Notes: a model not told the origin generated them from the letters alone. 62,868 nucleotides of DNA, filler included, from Collodictyon triciliatum (GCA_043381765.1; 51 parts of 51 records of this genome joined end to end with filler, not necessarily neighbours in it); one strand, 5' to 3'; shown: positions 39,588 through 52,866, counted from the whole stretch's first letter. Program-made: numbers and translations.

Positions 39588-40718
39588 TTCTTGTAATTCG
39601 TGTGTTATTTCTTGGGCTGCTTTATGCACTATTTCTTTTGTTGATGCACCTGCTTTCTCATCTGTGGTTTCTTTCGTAAGTCCCTCGTCTATTTCTACTT
39701 GCTCAGAATCCTTACCAAGGGCTCTCTTTCCAAAAGGATAGGAATCAGGTTGGGTAAGAAGGTTGTCATTTTCTGAATTTTTTCTAGAGCCTTCGTCCTT
39801 TTTACAGTTCTCACAAACAATAGGGCTCGTTGCTTCAAAATGACTGCTTGGCTTACCATGAAGCTCATAATTTTCTCCTTCCATCTCATCTTGACTCATT
39901 GTTTGTGTGTGTTGCTCTGATGTAGTAATCATCGGCTCAACTTCCTGACCATCATCATCGACACCGTTTTCATCTCCGATTTCAATATCGTTCTGGCTAT
40001 TTGGATTCCTTTCTCCCTTCATACATCCGATGACTGAGTCATATTGTTTTGAATGCTCAAACTTATCACCCATTCCTTCACCATCAGTATTTTGTATCTC
40101 GTGGCCCTCGTTTTCCTCATCGGTTTCATACGAATCACTGGCGTCACGGGAGTCATCATTCGTGATTTCCTCACTATCCTCCTGATCAAAGGTATTTTCA
40201 TCGGAATCGTCTCCGTCATGTAACCTATTTTCTGCTTCATCACTGGATACTTTGTTGTCATTACTTCCTGCTCTCTCTGCGCGTTTTATAGTACTGTTTG
40301 CAATTAAATCGATGTTATGACTATCTCTTTCTTCGAATTCATCGCATCCATGTGAACCTGTGTTTTGGTTTTCCATACTTTGATGACGCATGTTTACTTT
40401 CGACATTTCATTCCCATTCTCTTGTTGTTCATTTGTGTCTACTCCATTGACGCTCTCCGTCTTTCTGGCCTCAGCTTTCTTGGGTAATTCAACAAGCTTG
40501 CGAGATTGCGGTGCTGTGTTGAGGCCAGCAGGCTTGGGCCCATCAGGCTTTGAAGGTTTCATACCCAACCTCGGATTCTTCGGCTCTTGGATGGTGAATT
40601 GTGATACGTTCTGACTCTGACTCTCGCTTTTATTCCCTCTGCGTATTCTTGATATCCTCGGAGATGCCCCGACTGATGCCGCCTTTTCATATGTAACATG
40701 CGGGCGGTCATATCTTGC
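39588..40718 (-). CDS. Acidic, low-complexity disordered protein segment (partial at both ends)
   Basis: Frame open across the whole contig (about 377 codons), rich in E/D/N/S. Confidence 0.7.
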
Positions 40719-41693
40719 AGNNNNNNNNNNNNNNNNNNNNNNNNNNNNNNNNNNNNNNNNNNNNTTAATTAATTAANNNNNNNNNNNNNNNNNNNNNNNN
40801 NNNNNNNNNNNNNNNNNNNNTTTTCTTTTTCTTTTTCTTTTTCTTTTTCTTTTTCTTTTTCTTTTTCTTTTTCTTTTTCTTTTTCTTTTTCTTTTTCTTT
40901 TTCTTTTTCTTTTTCCTTTCTTTTTCCTTTCTTTTTCCTTTCTTTTTCCTTTCTTTTTCCTTTCTTTTTCCTTTCTTTTTCTTCAGTCTCATTCAGCCTG
41001 TAAACGAATAAACTTTATTACAAAGGTTGTGGCGAACTTAGTTTTATCCCTTTCAAGACACAAAACACTTTTTATACAACGAAAGTGTACCAATATATAG
41101 CAGTTTATTGCACAGACAACCATCGAATTAAATCTGGATTGACAAAGGCAGGAGCTATGATGAATTCAAGAAAGCACCTGAATAATATAACAGTATGATT
41201 AGTATATATATATAATAAGGTTAAAAATACTTGACAATCTCATTCTATTCCTATAATCAATCTATATTATATTTTCCATTTGATTCGCATTAAAATTCAA
41301 GATTACAAACAAGCTGTTACCTTGGCCCAGACAGAACCCACACCATAAACTTGCCACCAAACATGCATTTCAAAAAAGCATACTATCGACACTTGCGGCG
41401 GTAATCATGTTGTTTGTGACCGATGTGTTGACTTTCAGTCACAATTGCTATGCAGCCGTCCTTTCGAACTCGCCGAATGGGCTCTCAGCGTTTTGTCTCA
41501 AATCACTTGTAAAAAAAAAAAACTTTGTGTGTTTGTTTGCCACAATGCGCACAATTTTGAGAGTCTCGATAGATGCTTAATTTTACATAAATTGATTTTA
41601 TGCAGTTATATATATTGACTGATTGACTGATATGTTATTAAAATTGAAAACTCGGTAGTTTTCTAAAGGAAAAGGTAAAGCAAAGACTTTCAG

Positions 41694-41956
41694 ATGAAGA
41701 AAAGAAAACGCCTCGAGTCTGAGAATCTAAAGTCTGTAAAACCAGATTGTCGAAATGTGAAAACATCTCTCAAGTCGATTGTAAAGAATCCGTATGACCA
41801 TGACAAAATCAACGATACGGTTTTATTGTGTCATAATTTGGTTACCGACACTTTTCTGTTTGCAAGATGTTACATATTGAAATCACAACAACTCCCAACA
41901 ACCGATGAAATGTTTTTTTTTTTTTTTGTATGCTTTAAAGATAGTCGGAGTAGTTT
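41694..41956 (+). CDS. Probable Fanzor1 (eukaryotic TnpB-family RNA-guided endonuclease), N-terminus only (3' partial)
   Basis: MKKRKRLESENLKSVKPDCRNVKTSLKSIVKNPYDHDKINDTVLLCHNLVTDTFLFARCYILKSQQLPTTDEMFF, then LYALKIVGVV after a 1-nt shift in the T15 run (41913-41927). Matches my recollection of Fanzor1 N-termini: basic NLS, K(T)SLKSI(I/V)K, IND.V..C(N/H)..V...Y.F.R.YIL, LP..DE.F.LY..K..G. Confidence 0.65.
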
Positions 41957-43289
41957 NNNNNNNNNNNNNNNNNNNNNNNNNNNNNNNNNNNNNNNNNNNN
42001 TTAATTAATTAANNNNNNNNNNNNNNNNNNNNNNNNNNNNNNNNNNNNNNNNNNNNTTTGAATATAATTGTCAACACACCATCCGTTCCTTAATAATTCA
42101 GCTACATTAGATTTTACTTGCGGATGTCTGTATCTTTTATTTGTTTTGAAATTATATGGTCTAGAATATTTCCCATCATTTCAGCCATCTCAATCAATAT
42201 ATCTCAAGCATCTTTGGAGCCCTTTTGTGCAAGCTACTTAATTTTTTTTCGAACCCATATGCCTTATATCGAGTATTTCTTAATAAATTAATGATATTTC
42301 ATCTATTTTCCGGTTACCTCTACTTTCGTGATCTTCACTAAATACAGCTCTATATTTCTTCTCACAATCCTTAGCCATAGTCCCAACATTATGATAACTT
42401 GTTTTTTGGCTACCCATTTCTTGCAAAATATGGCGCTTCTATCAATTCCTTTATGTATTTGCCTTAATTTCCCCTCGTCTCTTGTTTTTCCAAACCATTC
42501 GATGGCATTTTGAACGTTCTCACTTATGCCTCAATCATTGTTTGTTATTCAGGGGCACCCAATATAGTATGAATCATGGCAGCTGTGCAATTTGCCTTAT
42601 GGGGCTATTTATTTTTTTTGTGATGGTGGGCAAGCGGGAAAGAAGGGTGCTGTGTGTATAGGTAGTTGGGGTGCTATTATAGGACAAACAGTCACTACCG
42701 AAAATGGAAGCAGATGGTGTGGCGTGGGAGGGACACAAGGGACGCAAAACCGTACATAGGCGGCAGAGAGGATGACTAGCGAAGAAGCGCAGCATATCGA
42801 AGAAGGTAATGAAGCAAAAGTAAGGAAGCAAAGGCGGTGAAGCAAGAGACACGGGTGCATGGTGTGGAAAGCAGATGGGAACAATGAGATAAAGTGCGAA
42901 TATATGGCAATTGGTGTGCTGATTGATGTGGATAGAGTAGAAATGATGAGAAACTCTCAGAATTATGCAAATAAATGCGAATTGATATGAGTTGGTAGGG
43001 AATGACACGCATTGATATGAGTAATGCTGTGCAAGAAAATATACAGTATATGCATAAAAAATTGAAATCGCAGATAATAAATTAATGGTATGACACATCA
43101 TCTATGATTGATACTGACTTTTTTAATTTTCATGTTACTTTTGTTGCATCAAGAATGTTTATTTATGTTCATAGCGTATAAGGTTGATTNNNNNNNNNNN
43201 NNNNNNNNNNNNNNNNNNNNNNNNNNNNNNNNNTTAATTAATTAANNNNNNNNNNNNNNNNNNNNNNNNNNNNNNNNNNNNNNNNNNNN

Positions 43290-43387
<98 letters not shown>

Positions 43388-44387
43388 GCAGAAGCTGCTG
43401 CTTAAGCTCAAGCTCGGTTCACGCAAGTTGTTCAACGGCTCAACAGACACAGGATTCAGAGAGAAGGACATAGGCGGGAGGCATAAGCCCCGAGCGCTCC
43501 TGTGGAACGGCTGCGAGTGTGTGTGACGCCAGTCTTTGTTTCTCTCCAGCAGCGCGCCTCTCCGCTTTGCCACACGGCTGGGTTCACGGCTTTGCTTCTC
43601 GTCCGCCGCTGGCATTGATGCGGGTGACCACATCATCGTTGTGGGCATTTGGAATGTGTCGGATAGCTCGACGCAAGGCTATAAACAAAGATCTCGCAAA
43701 GCAGACCACAGCTTATTTCCAGATTTGTAGGATTTGGTCACAGGGCAGAAAATCCCTTTTCGTCCGTGTGGTCTTCTTTATATCTGGAATATACATTATA
43801 CTGTCTCTATTATGCTCTGTATCGCGTTATAATCATTATGTATACTAAAATTATACTGTATATATATAATGTATTGTATTTAACGTTTAGCGGCAATCAA
43901 AGCACTCAACGTTCAAACGTAAACAATACACTGTTTTTCTACTTCGGTGGCTCTAGTTGTAATTGTAAAGAAATTACCATATTATATTGGTGCCATTTAG
44001 CTAAGATATTCGGCAGCTGCACCCTCTCTTCCCTTGGATTGAATAAAAGAAAAAAGAAAAGGAAAAATTGAGAGCATCGGTGAATGACACACTCAAGCCC
44101 TGAAATGAATAATTAGGTTTTATTACAGGGCGGTATGATTGAAACAGCGATGTGTGCTAGTGATATTGGAAGTTAACATCACACTGACCACCCTAATTCG
44201 CCAGGAGAAAAGGAGACATAAAGAAAAACATGGTGGGATGAAGTCCCAAGAAAAGAATGCACTAGACAAAAGGGGTGATAAATGGATGACAGAGTAGGAT
44301 TCCAACTGATGAAACTCCCTTTAAATAATAGTAATAGTAATAGTAATAGTAATAGTAATAGTAATAGTAATAGTAATAGTAATAGTA

Positions 44388-44421
<34 letters not shown>

Positions 44422-45753
44422 NNNNNNNNNNNNNNNNNNNNNNNNNNNNNNNNNNNNNNNNNNNNTTAATTAATTAANNNNNNNNNNNNNNNNNNNNNNN
44501 NNNNNNNNNNNNNNNNNNNNNCCAGGGGACGGTCAAGTGCTACTTCCGATAATTCCAGACAAACAACGATGTATCACTTTTTGTCAGAGTCGCCCAGCAA
44601 GAAACGCAAGGAAAGTGACCCGTTGTCCCCTCAAAAGACTCATCCTGTGGAATGAAATAGGATGTAAATCTTGTCTGAGATAGATGGTTGAAAGGTCTCG
44701 TTGGAATCGATTTGAGAAGTAACTGTCATGTGCGTACTTTCGTCGACCCGACAACTTTATCCGCTCTTCTGTCAGTCTCGAATGCAACCAGAAATCGCGT
44801 TGGAGCTGATTCACCTCGGGGTAGAATAGTCTGCGTGTGAAGAACACTTCTCTCATTCCTATCTTGTTTTTCTTCCACCCAAAACACAAAAACTCCAACC
44901 ACACAATCCTGGGTTTTCCACTGTCTTGTCCACAGCTCATTTCTTGTCCTAGAGGCGAAGGCGGTCTCCTCGGCTTTGTTGTCTTTCAATAAACTGTTGA
45001 ATAGAAATAGGATATTGAAGTAAAGGAGAGAAAATATTTTCAACAGTTTTTGGCGTTGTCTTTCCACTTCAGTGGTAACGCGCGAAAAAAATAATCTTTG
45101 GTTTCCCTATCATTCCATGTATTACAGCCTTCCCATACTATTATCACATCCAAACGACTTCCTATGCGGGATGATTGGCAGCAGCGCTATTTTGCAGCTG
45201 AAAAGAATCAAATATTTATTTTCCGGAAATAGATATATCACCGGCCACATCACAACCCCATCGTGTTGGGCTGTGATCGTCCTTGGATCGGAAATGATGA
45301 GTGCGCTTCGAGCAACCCGCTCGCCTTCACGGAAGCTGTCCTTCAGCGCGCAGATGTACCAGTCTCCAGAGCAACAGTCCAATATACTCCCCCTTTTTTT
45401 TATTTTCTCTTGGTCACGCCACCGTTTTCGTGTTTTTTTTTAATTCAATCATATATTTTTTTCCGTGAGTAGAAACCAAGGAATACACAAAAGAAAAAGA
45501 AAAAGAAAAAAGAAAAAGGAAAAGGAAAAAAGAAAAAAAAAGAAAAAAGAAAAAGGAAAAAAGGAAAAAAGGAAAAAAGGAAAAAAGGAAAAAAGGAAAA
45601 AAGGAAAAAAGGAAAAAAGGAAAAAAGGAAAAAAGGAAAAAAGGAAAAANNNNNNNNNNNNNNNNNNNNNNNNNNNNNNNNNNNNNNNNNNNNTTAATTA
45701 ATTAANNNNNNNNNNNNNNNNNNNNNNNNNNNNNNNNNNNNNNNNNNNNTTAG

Positions 45754-46881
45754 GAAATATTCCAGACTTTATAAATATACCAAACTTAGTTGAGATGCAT
45801 TTGTACGGAAATCAACTTAATGGTTGTTTGATTCAATTTCTCTAATTTGTCTCGAAATATTGAAAATTTTATTTTATTTCTTGTTGCGTTGTAACAAGTC
45901 TAATATGATTTTACAGGAACTATCCCTGATTTTCTAATCTGAAGAATCTGTTCGGGCTATTTATTCCAAAGAATCAGATAGAAGGTGATGCTCATATCAA
46001 GAATTATGCGCCCCTGTATTTTACATTATAATAGTGATTGATTTGTGGTTTTGAAATATAGCTCTAATTCAAAATATAGGCACTATCCCAAACTTTACAA
46101 GTCTCTTAAGGCTCGAATATTTTTATGCATTCGATAATAATCTGAAGGAAAGTATCCCTAGTTTTGAGAACTGTCCGTCCATGCATGAGATCGCGATAAA
46201 TAGAAACATCTTGGACGGCTCGTTACCTTCACTGGATTTATATTCGCTAGTGTCCATTGACGTAAGCAAAAACGAAATAGCAGGCTCTATTCCATTCAAT
46301 TGGAACATACCAAATATTGAGTACATTTATTTGTCATTCAATTTATTGGAAGGGGACGTACCCACTAATATCGGAAATTTCGAGTACTTGAAACATCTTG
46401 ACCTATCACATAACCAAATCTCTGGAAGTATGCCAACAAGATTATGGAATCTCCCAAAGCTTGTAACGATTGATTTGAGAAACAATTCATTTTATGGAGA
46501 AGTTAGTTCATTTGTCATCGATTTCAACAGAAATCAAGAGTATTACTTTGAAAATCTTATTCTCGATGACAATAATTTCTTTGGAGAGGTAAATTGGAAG
46601 TTTTTTGAGTATTTTGAAAACCTCAAGACCTTCAGTTTGAGAAACAACCGAATCGAAAGACTTGGGGAGCCAGGGGTTCCAATATTTTGGACTAAATTCG
46701 ATGTCAGTGGAAATCCTGTGGCTGGAAGCATTCCCGAATCATATAGCCGTTTTTTAGTCCTCGAATACTTTGGACTGCAAAATACATACATGAATCACGG
46801 GACTTCAAATTTTATTCCTTCATTCATGAATCAAACAAGCACATACACTCTAGAGAAGGTATCCGATGCTTTTACATGTCC
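45754..46881 (+). CDS. Extracellular plant-type LRR protein (receptor-like), exons 45754-45822, 45917-45984, 46080-46881
   Basis: Repeats LxxLxLxxNxLxGxIP (e.g. LKHLDLSHNQISGSMP). Exon 2 is 68 nt, one short of the 69-nt unit. Confidence 0.85.
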
Positions 46882-46981
46882 NNNNNNNNNNNNNNNNNNN
46901 NNNNNNNNNNNNNNNNNNNNNNNNNTTAATTAATTAANNNNNNNNNNNNNNNNNNNNNNNNNNNNNNNNNNNNNNNNNNNN

Positions 46982-47630
46982 GGAGCTATGGATAGGCACA
47001 CGCGCGGCAAAAGCTGGCAAAGTCTCCCAACAATGCACACTTTGCAGCAACGGTGATGAATCCATTGAGCACACATTTGTGCAATGTCCCTTCGCTCAAA
47101 ACCTGCGCGAAACAGCCGGTGAGATTCTTCGGCTGACACTCAAGACGGCTGCAGCTGTTGGCCCAATCCAGGCGATATTTGGGCCTCTGCAACAGCTGCG
47201 TCCAGATGCAAAAACATTTCTGGGCAGTGACGCGAGGCCATTTGCTATGGACTATGTCGATAGCGCGCATATACTCACGCAAAGCAAGATTCAACAGCCA
47301 GACACCCATTCCTGATAACAGGCTGAATGACATCATACAAATCTCTTTCCTCAACAGCTTTCATCGCCACCTGCATGTCCTCTACTACCCCGACCCCGTG
47401 AGAAGAGACATGTGGAAAGAAGCTGATAAATATATTAAACCTCGTCTTGTATCTCCTCATGGAAGCACAAGACCCAGGTTACAGGCCAAACCGCAGGATG
47501 CAATTCCTACTTACCGACTACTTCTCCGCCAACCGGCCACCAAATAGCGTCCATGCCAAAGAAGGCTGGCACCTTGGAGACAGGAACTTCATCTCCGCAC
47601 GCAAAGAAAAACAAACAAAATAAAAATAGC
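46982..47630 (+). mobile_element. L1/Tx1-like non-LTR retrotransposon, 3' end (C-terminal CCHC zinc-binding region, frameshifted, A-rich tail)
   Basis: ELWIGTRA..QCTLCSNGDESIEHTFVQCPFAQ, then after a frameshift FWAVTRGHLLWTMSIAR..SFLNSF..RRDMW. A-rich tract near 47600-47630. Confidence 0.8.
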
Positions 47631-48213
47631 AAAGAATGGCCCAGTAAGATGGGTTTATTAGCAAAGTACATTGGCTTTGACTTGGACTTTGTGGATCAAA
47701 TAAATATACGAACGCGATGGATTCTTTGAACGATGCATTTAAACAGAGCTTGGCAGCAAATCATGTAATTAAGTTACTCAGGAAATGGGTTGTAGCGAGT
47801 CAGCATAGTTCAGATACATATATTTATCACAGGCTAAAGGCATACAATCAAATAACGATACAAGAAAATCAAATACAGCACTATATCCAAATTGAATATT
47901 CTTTTTTTTTTTTAAATTAAATTGGCGACTTTTTCATGTTGCGTCTACTGGTTGCGCATTAATTGTCTGATTTAAATCAGTCGAGACACTTGGACTTTGC
48001 CGGAAGCTAGGCCTCGGATTGAATCCAACTCAGGCCTTTGGTAGTTACAGCTTTTAAGGATTGTATGAAGCTCGACCCACAATAGATATATATTTAGATG
48101 AGTCATGAATTTTNNNNNNNNNNNNNNNNNNNNNNNNNNNNNNNNNNNNNNNNNNNNTTAATTAATTAANNNNNNNNNNNNNNNNNNNNNNNNNNNNNNN
48201 NNNNNNNNNNNNN

Positions 48214-48330
48214 ACAGAGTTTCCGTTCAACACACGCTTCAATTCCTCAACAATAACACGAACTGGCTTGCTCGATGTTGTGGAAATGCTGAAAACGCCG
48301 CGCACCTCTTTTAACTCACTCATGCAAGCC
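48214..48330 (-). CDS. MARK/Kin1-family kinase, start of the KA1 domain (exon fragment)
   Basis: ELKEVRGVFSISTTSSKPVRVIVEELKRVL matches the (K/R)G.FS(V/I)STTSSKP...I...I.RVL KA1 pattern. Confidence 0.75.
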
Positions 48331-49444
48331 AGCTGAGTCAAATTAGAGTAGAGTCGTATTAGACACATTTGTATACGGCCAGAACAATTCTATGTATTAC
48401 ACCGCAAATAAATGCTACTCTGCCATTCGACCCTGGTTGATTCGCTGTGAATGGGACAGTCTCTTGGCTGAGTCGCTTGTTTAGTAATGAGTTTGGGGCC
48501 TCAACCGACCCGGGGGAGGCAGTGAGTTCGGCTGGGTATATGCGGTTTTTTTTTTAATTAAATATAAGTGAAGATGAAGAGGGGTGAAAATGTCTTAGTT
48601 CACGAGATTGGTGATTTTTTTTTTCCATCCACTTCCCTCAGGCTGCACAAAGAGGGAATAAAATGATTATGGTAATGGAGAAGAAAGACCTGAGACTTGC
48701 GCATAAATAGGATTTGGGATGCTTATTGGCAGCGAACTGAGCTTTGTTTCGGGTGAGTTTGGGCTGATATTCGCATTTGGTACCAATGATTTTGAGCTGG
48801 AATCCTCTGTCTATTGAACAAAAGTATTTTAAGTTATCTTGAAGAAATATTTAAGTTTAAGGTTTGATTGTTGCTTCTCTTTTCCACTTTAAAATAACCA
48901 CGATATCGTGATAATGAGAAATGTATCAAACGGCTATGTTGACATGATTCGATCTTTACATCAAGAAAGGGCAATGCGGCGGAGTGCCTGCGCCTTCTGA
49001 ATGAGTTTGAGCGTTCTCTGGTCGGTTCTTGTATTCCAGCCCCCTTCGCCTGATATGATGATAGGAGGAAAAAACTTTTTTGATCGAAATATATAAGATG
49101 TGACTCGTTGATGTCATTGATAGAAGAAATAGGAGTGGGAAGTAAAAGCAGAACGTGGGTGATTTACATGATACTTGTGATTATGGTGATGGTGATGGTG
49201 ATATATACCTGAAGAGCTGCTCGTATGTGAAGCGGAGCTCCTTGGGGTGGGCTGCTTTCATCTGGCAATGCAGAGAAAGAATTCTTCATTATAGACCCTC
49301 GCTTCTCTCGAATCAAAGGGAGTCTCTCTATTGGTTTGGAAGGCNNNNNNNNNNNNNNNNNNNNNNNNNNNNNNNNNNNNNNNNNNNNTTAATTAATTAA
49401 NNNNNNNNNNNNNNNNNNNNNNNNNNNNNNNNNNNNNNNNNNNN

Positions 49445-50070
49445 GATTGGGATTGGGATTGGGATTGGGATTGGGATTGGGATTGGGATTGGGATTGGGA
49501 TTGGGATTGGGATTGGGATTGGGATTGGGATTGGGATTCAGATTGAGAATATGAATGTGATAAAAAAACAGAAGGCTTGGGACTCTTTAGGCTCGTGATA
49601 GGGCTAATAATTTTGTCAGTAGAAGAGATGAATAATTTTGACACTGAAATGCTTTCGCTTGGTTGTTTTCGTTGTGAGAAAATTTGCAAGTATCCTCCTT
49701 TTTTACATTTGCACGTGGCACTCAAGGTTATCGCATTAAAGCTACCGACACATTCATCTGTTTTTATGTCATATAGGTAGCCATCTTCCAATAAGGCGCA
49801 TAAAACAGGGTCTAATTTTGGGTGAGAAGTTAAGGAGGACCAGTTGATTTAACATGTATGAAACTGAATGAGAATGTTGATATTCTATTATATAATTAAG
49901 TTATAATGAACAAAAAAATTTCATGAAGTAAAAGTTTACTATCTTCAAGGTCGTATTGGGTGGGTACTGTTACACTGAATGAAATCTCCGTTAAAGGATT
50001 AGTGGAGTATTCATTGTCATCTTTCTCCAGGAAATTTAATGCTATTGTTGACGACAACAGCCTATGATAT
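49445..50070 (-). CDS. Surface-protein exons with a Cys-containing GPS/GAIN-like segment followed by a Ser-rich (SQ)n stalk
   Basis: LLSSTIALNF..PLTEISFSVTVP, then EDGYLYDIKTDECVGSFNAITLSATCKCKKGGYLQIFS running in frame into SHSYSQSESQSQSQ. Confidence 0.35.
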
Positions 50071-52866
50071 TCTCTAATTTAGTTCATAATTGAGAAAAAA
50101 TTGCATTAGATTATTATCAAGTGATTTTAATGCCAAACCTTTCAATCATATAATTTTCTTGTTGGATTTTATCAAAAATATTCATGTCAATAGTTTCAAT
50201 TATCCAAAAATATCCGCATGACTTTGAAATATTGGCAGAGTCTATGAGCACTTGGGTTTTATTGGTCGATAGTAGCATAGGAAGATTTTCCGGCAATACT
50301 ATCATGAAAATACACATGAGTTTCAATGAATGTCAATATCTTTATTTAATAATTGATAAGAAAATACTTGATAAATTTAAAGTTATTAAATTGAGAAAGG
50401 AAATTTTTTACTTGAATGTGCTTCCACTCGATACATTCTTCCTTCGAATTCTGATATATCTTGTCCGCATACAAATTTTGACGTCTCTGCTATGCTGACA
50501 TTGTGAATGTAAGATATTAATTCATGGGTAAGGTCAGTACGGACACGTGAATGTGGAACACTTCTCTTGATACTNNNNNNNNNNNNNNNNNNNNNNNNNN
50601 NNNNNNNNNNNNNNNNNNTTAATTAATTAANNNNNNNNNNNNNNNNNNNNNNNNNNNNNNNNNNNNNNNNNNNNAAAAGAAAAAGAAAAAGAAAAAGAAA
50701 AAGAAAAAGAAAAAGAAAAAGAAAAAGAAAAAGAAAAAGAAAAAGAAAAAGAAAAAGAAAAGAAAAAGAAAAGGAAAAGGAAAAGGAAAAGGAAAAGGAA
50801 AAGGAAAAGGAAAAAGGAAAAAGGAAAAAGATTACATATTCTTTTCTTTTGTCACGAGGAGGATTACAACTTTCAATGGCTTGTACATCGACAGATTATT
50901 TCCATATCCAAACTCCTACTGAATCTATTTCCGACAATCATTTTCCCCCATCTTCCGCGGGGAATCAGACAATACACACGAGCAGACCGGGATGCGCGCA
51001 AAGCCAGGAGACAAGCAGAGCTAAGACAAGAGGTTCGTGCCTCTGTTGGACTTCCGCCAGACCCAAGCGATACGGCCGGTAAATCCTTTTCTTTGAATTG
51101 ATAGTTGCGAGTGATTGAATCAACGAAGTGCCAACTCTTGTTTGCGGTTTTGCTTCCGCGAATGTGATTGAGTAATCGGCTCCGAAATCAGTGGCGAGAA
51201 GCTGGGTATATTGGCAGCCTGTATTTACCGATAATATTCATTCTGATATTCTCTTTATTCCTCTCTTCTCTCTGCCTTTGGCATAAAATCCTTCAAAGCT
51301 CAAACATCGTTCAACACTACGAAACAACGCCACGCGACCAAGACAGGGGCACACAAATGAATGGGCAGATGGTTGAGTGACAAATAATAAATGAACCATC
51401 TAGAAAGTCAATTGTTGTTATTTTTGTTGAGTACTTGGACAGGGTGAAAAACAGGGGCTGCCACAAGAAATGATTGCTGATGTAGAAACTTCCATTAATT
51501 TTATTTATTTATTTATTGCACAATCAACACAGCAAAGTAGAGAGAAAACGGGATAGGTTTTAAGGTTATATTTATGGAATCAAAAATAATATGACGTCGG
51601 GATATATACTAAGTTGTCCGTATATGCGAAAATGCAAGAGGGAAACCAATTTCTGCTATGAGAGGATGCGGACTGTGTAGAATCAGATGGAAGAGATGAA
51701 GAGAAAAGGCCAAAGAAAAGAAAAGAAAAGAAAAGAAAAGAAAAGAAAAGAAAAGAAAAGAAAAGAAAAGAAAAGAAAAGAAAAGAAAAGAAAAGAAAAG
51801 AAAANNNNNNNNNNNNNNNNNNNNNNNNNNNNNNNNNNNNNNNNNNNNTTAATTAATTAANNNNNNNNNNNNNNNNNNNNNNNNNNNNNNNNNNNNNNNN
51901 NNNNAAAAATACAGATTGCGAGCCAAATTAACTTTTATTCTTCTGAATAATTAGTTTATGATATACAACACCAACAACAATGAATTATGCTATACTAGAG
52001 TCTATTCAATGAAAATTATAGTTTGCAAAGCAACAATGTGTGGTCGATATGAATTAATGGCTGGTGCTGGCTAAAATCTAATACGTATTCATAAGCCTGC
52101 ATAATTGTACGACTTTCACAAAGGACAGTCTTACATAAAATAGCGAGCTACACGGACACAGCCACTGATGTGGCATCCCACCCACTTCACCCTCAACTGG
52201 CGACTTCGTGCTTGGATGGGAAAGTAAGAGTGTTTAATTAAAAAGAAAATGGGAGCTCTTCATGATTATTGTCTACTTTAATCCAGTATCATAACGCAAC
52301 TAGTAAAAATAAAGGTGGGATGTAATGGGGTAATTCTGGTGTATTTGATTTAATTTCCCCCTGATTCTATGGTTTATCTCTTCCCGTATCAATATAAAAG
52401 CTGTACCACTATGTTATCATGTTTGCTAGAATTTATTGAGAATACTTATGTCGCTTTACTCCTTTAATTGTTTGTTTGTTTGATTTGTTTTTTTGCGTCA
52501 AAAGAAAATATATTTAGTTTATGTGGCAATAACACAAGCAAACTATGTATGTAATCAAACAAAATATGTGGAGAAAACCGTCAGGGTAGGTGCCTACAGA
52601 TAGAAAAAAGACAAGCAAACGAATAAAACCGTATTTTCTAGAAGGCAGGCTATCATATCCAATCAGGCATAATGGTTTGTAGTAGCGGTGAAGGGGTTTT
52701 CATTTTTGTGTATATCAGACCCTGCTAAGGGATTTCATTTTAGATTGTGAGAGACCATCACACTGATGAAGCATGGTGCGAAAGATGTATTTATCATGGG
52801 AATTGTCCATAGGGTTCAAAAGAAATGGGCGCCAGCGTAGAATGCAGGGTTGTGGTGGGATGTTGC

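Noticed and set aside
47990-48050. tRNA or tRNA-derived SINE (GGATTGAATCC stem)
   Set aside because: No cloverleaf, A-box or canonical TTCGA loop could be built.
49445-49535. (GGGATT)n as a telomeric repeat
   Set aside because: GGGATT is the reverse, not the reverse complement, of TTAGGG, and here it continues an in-frame SQ tract.
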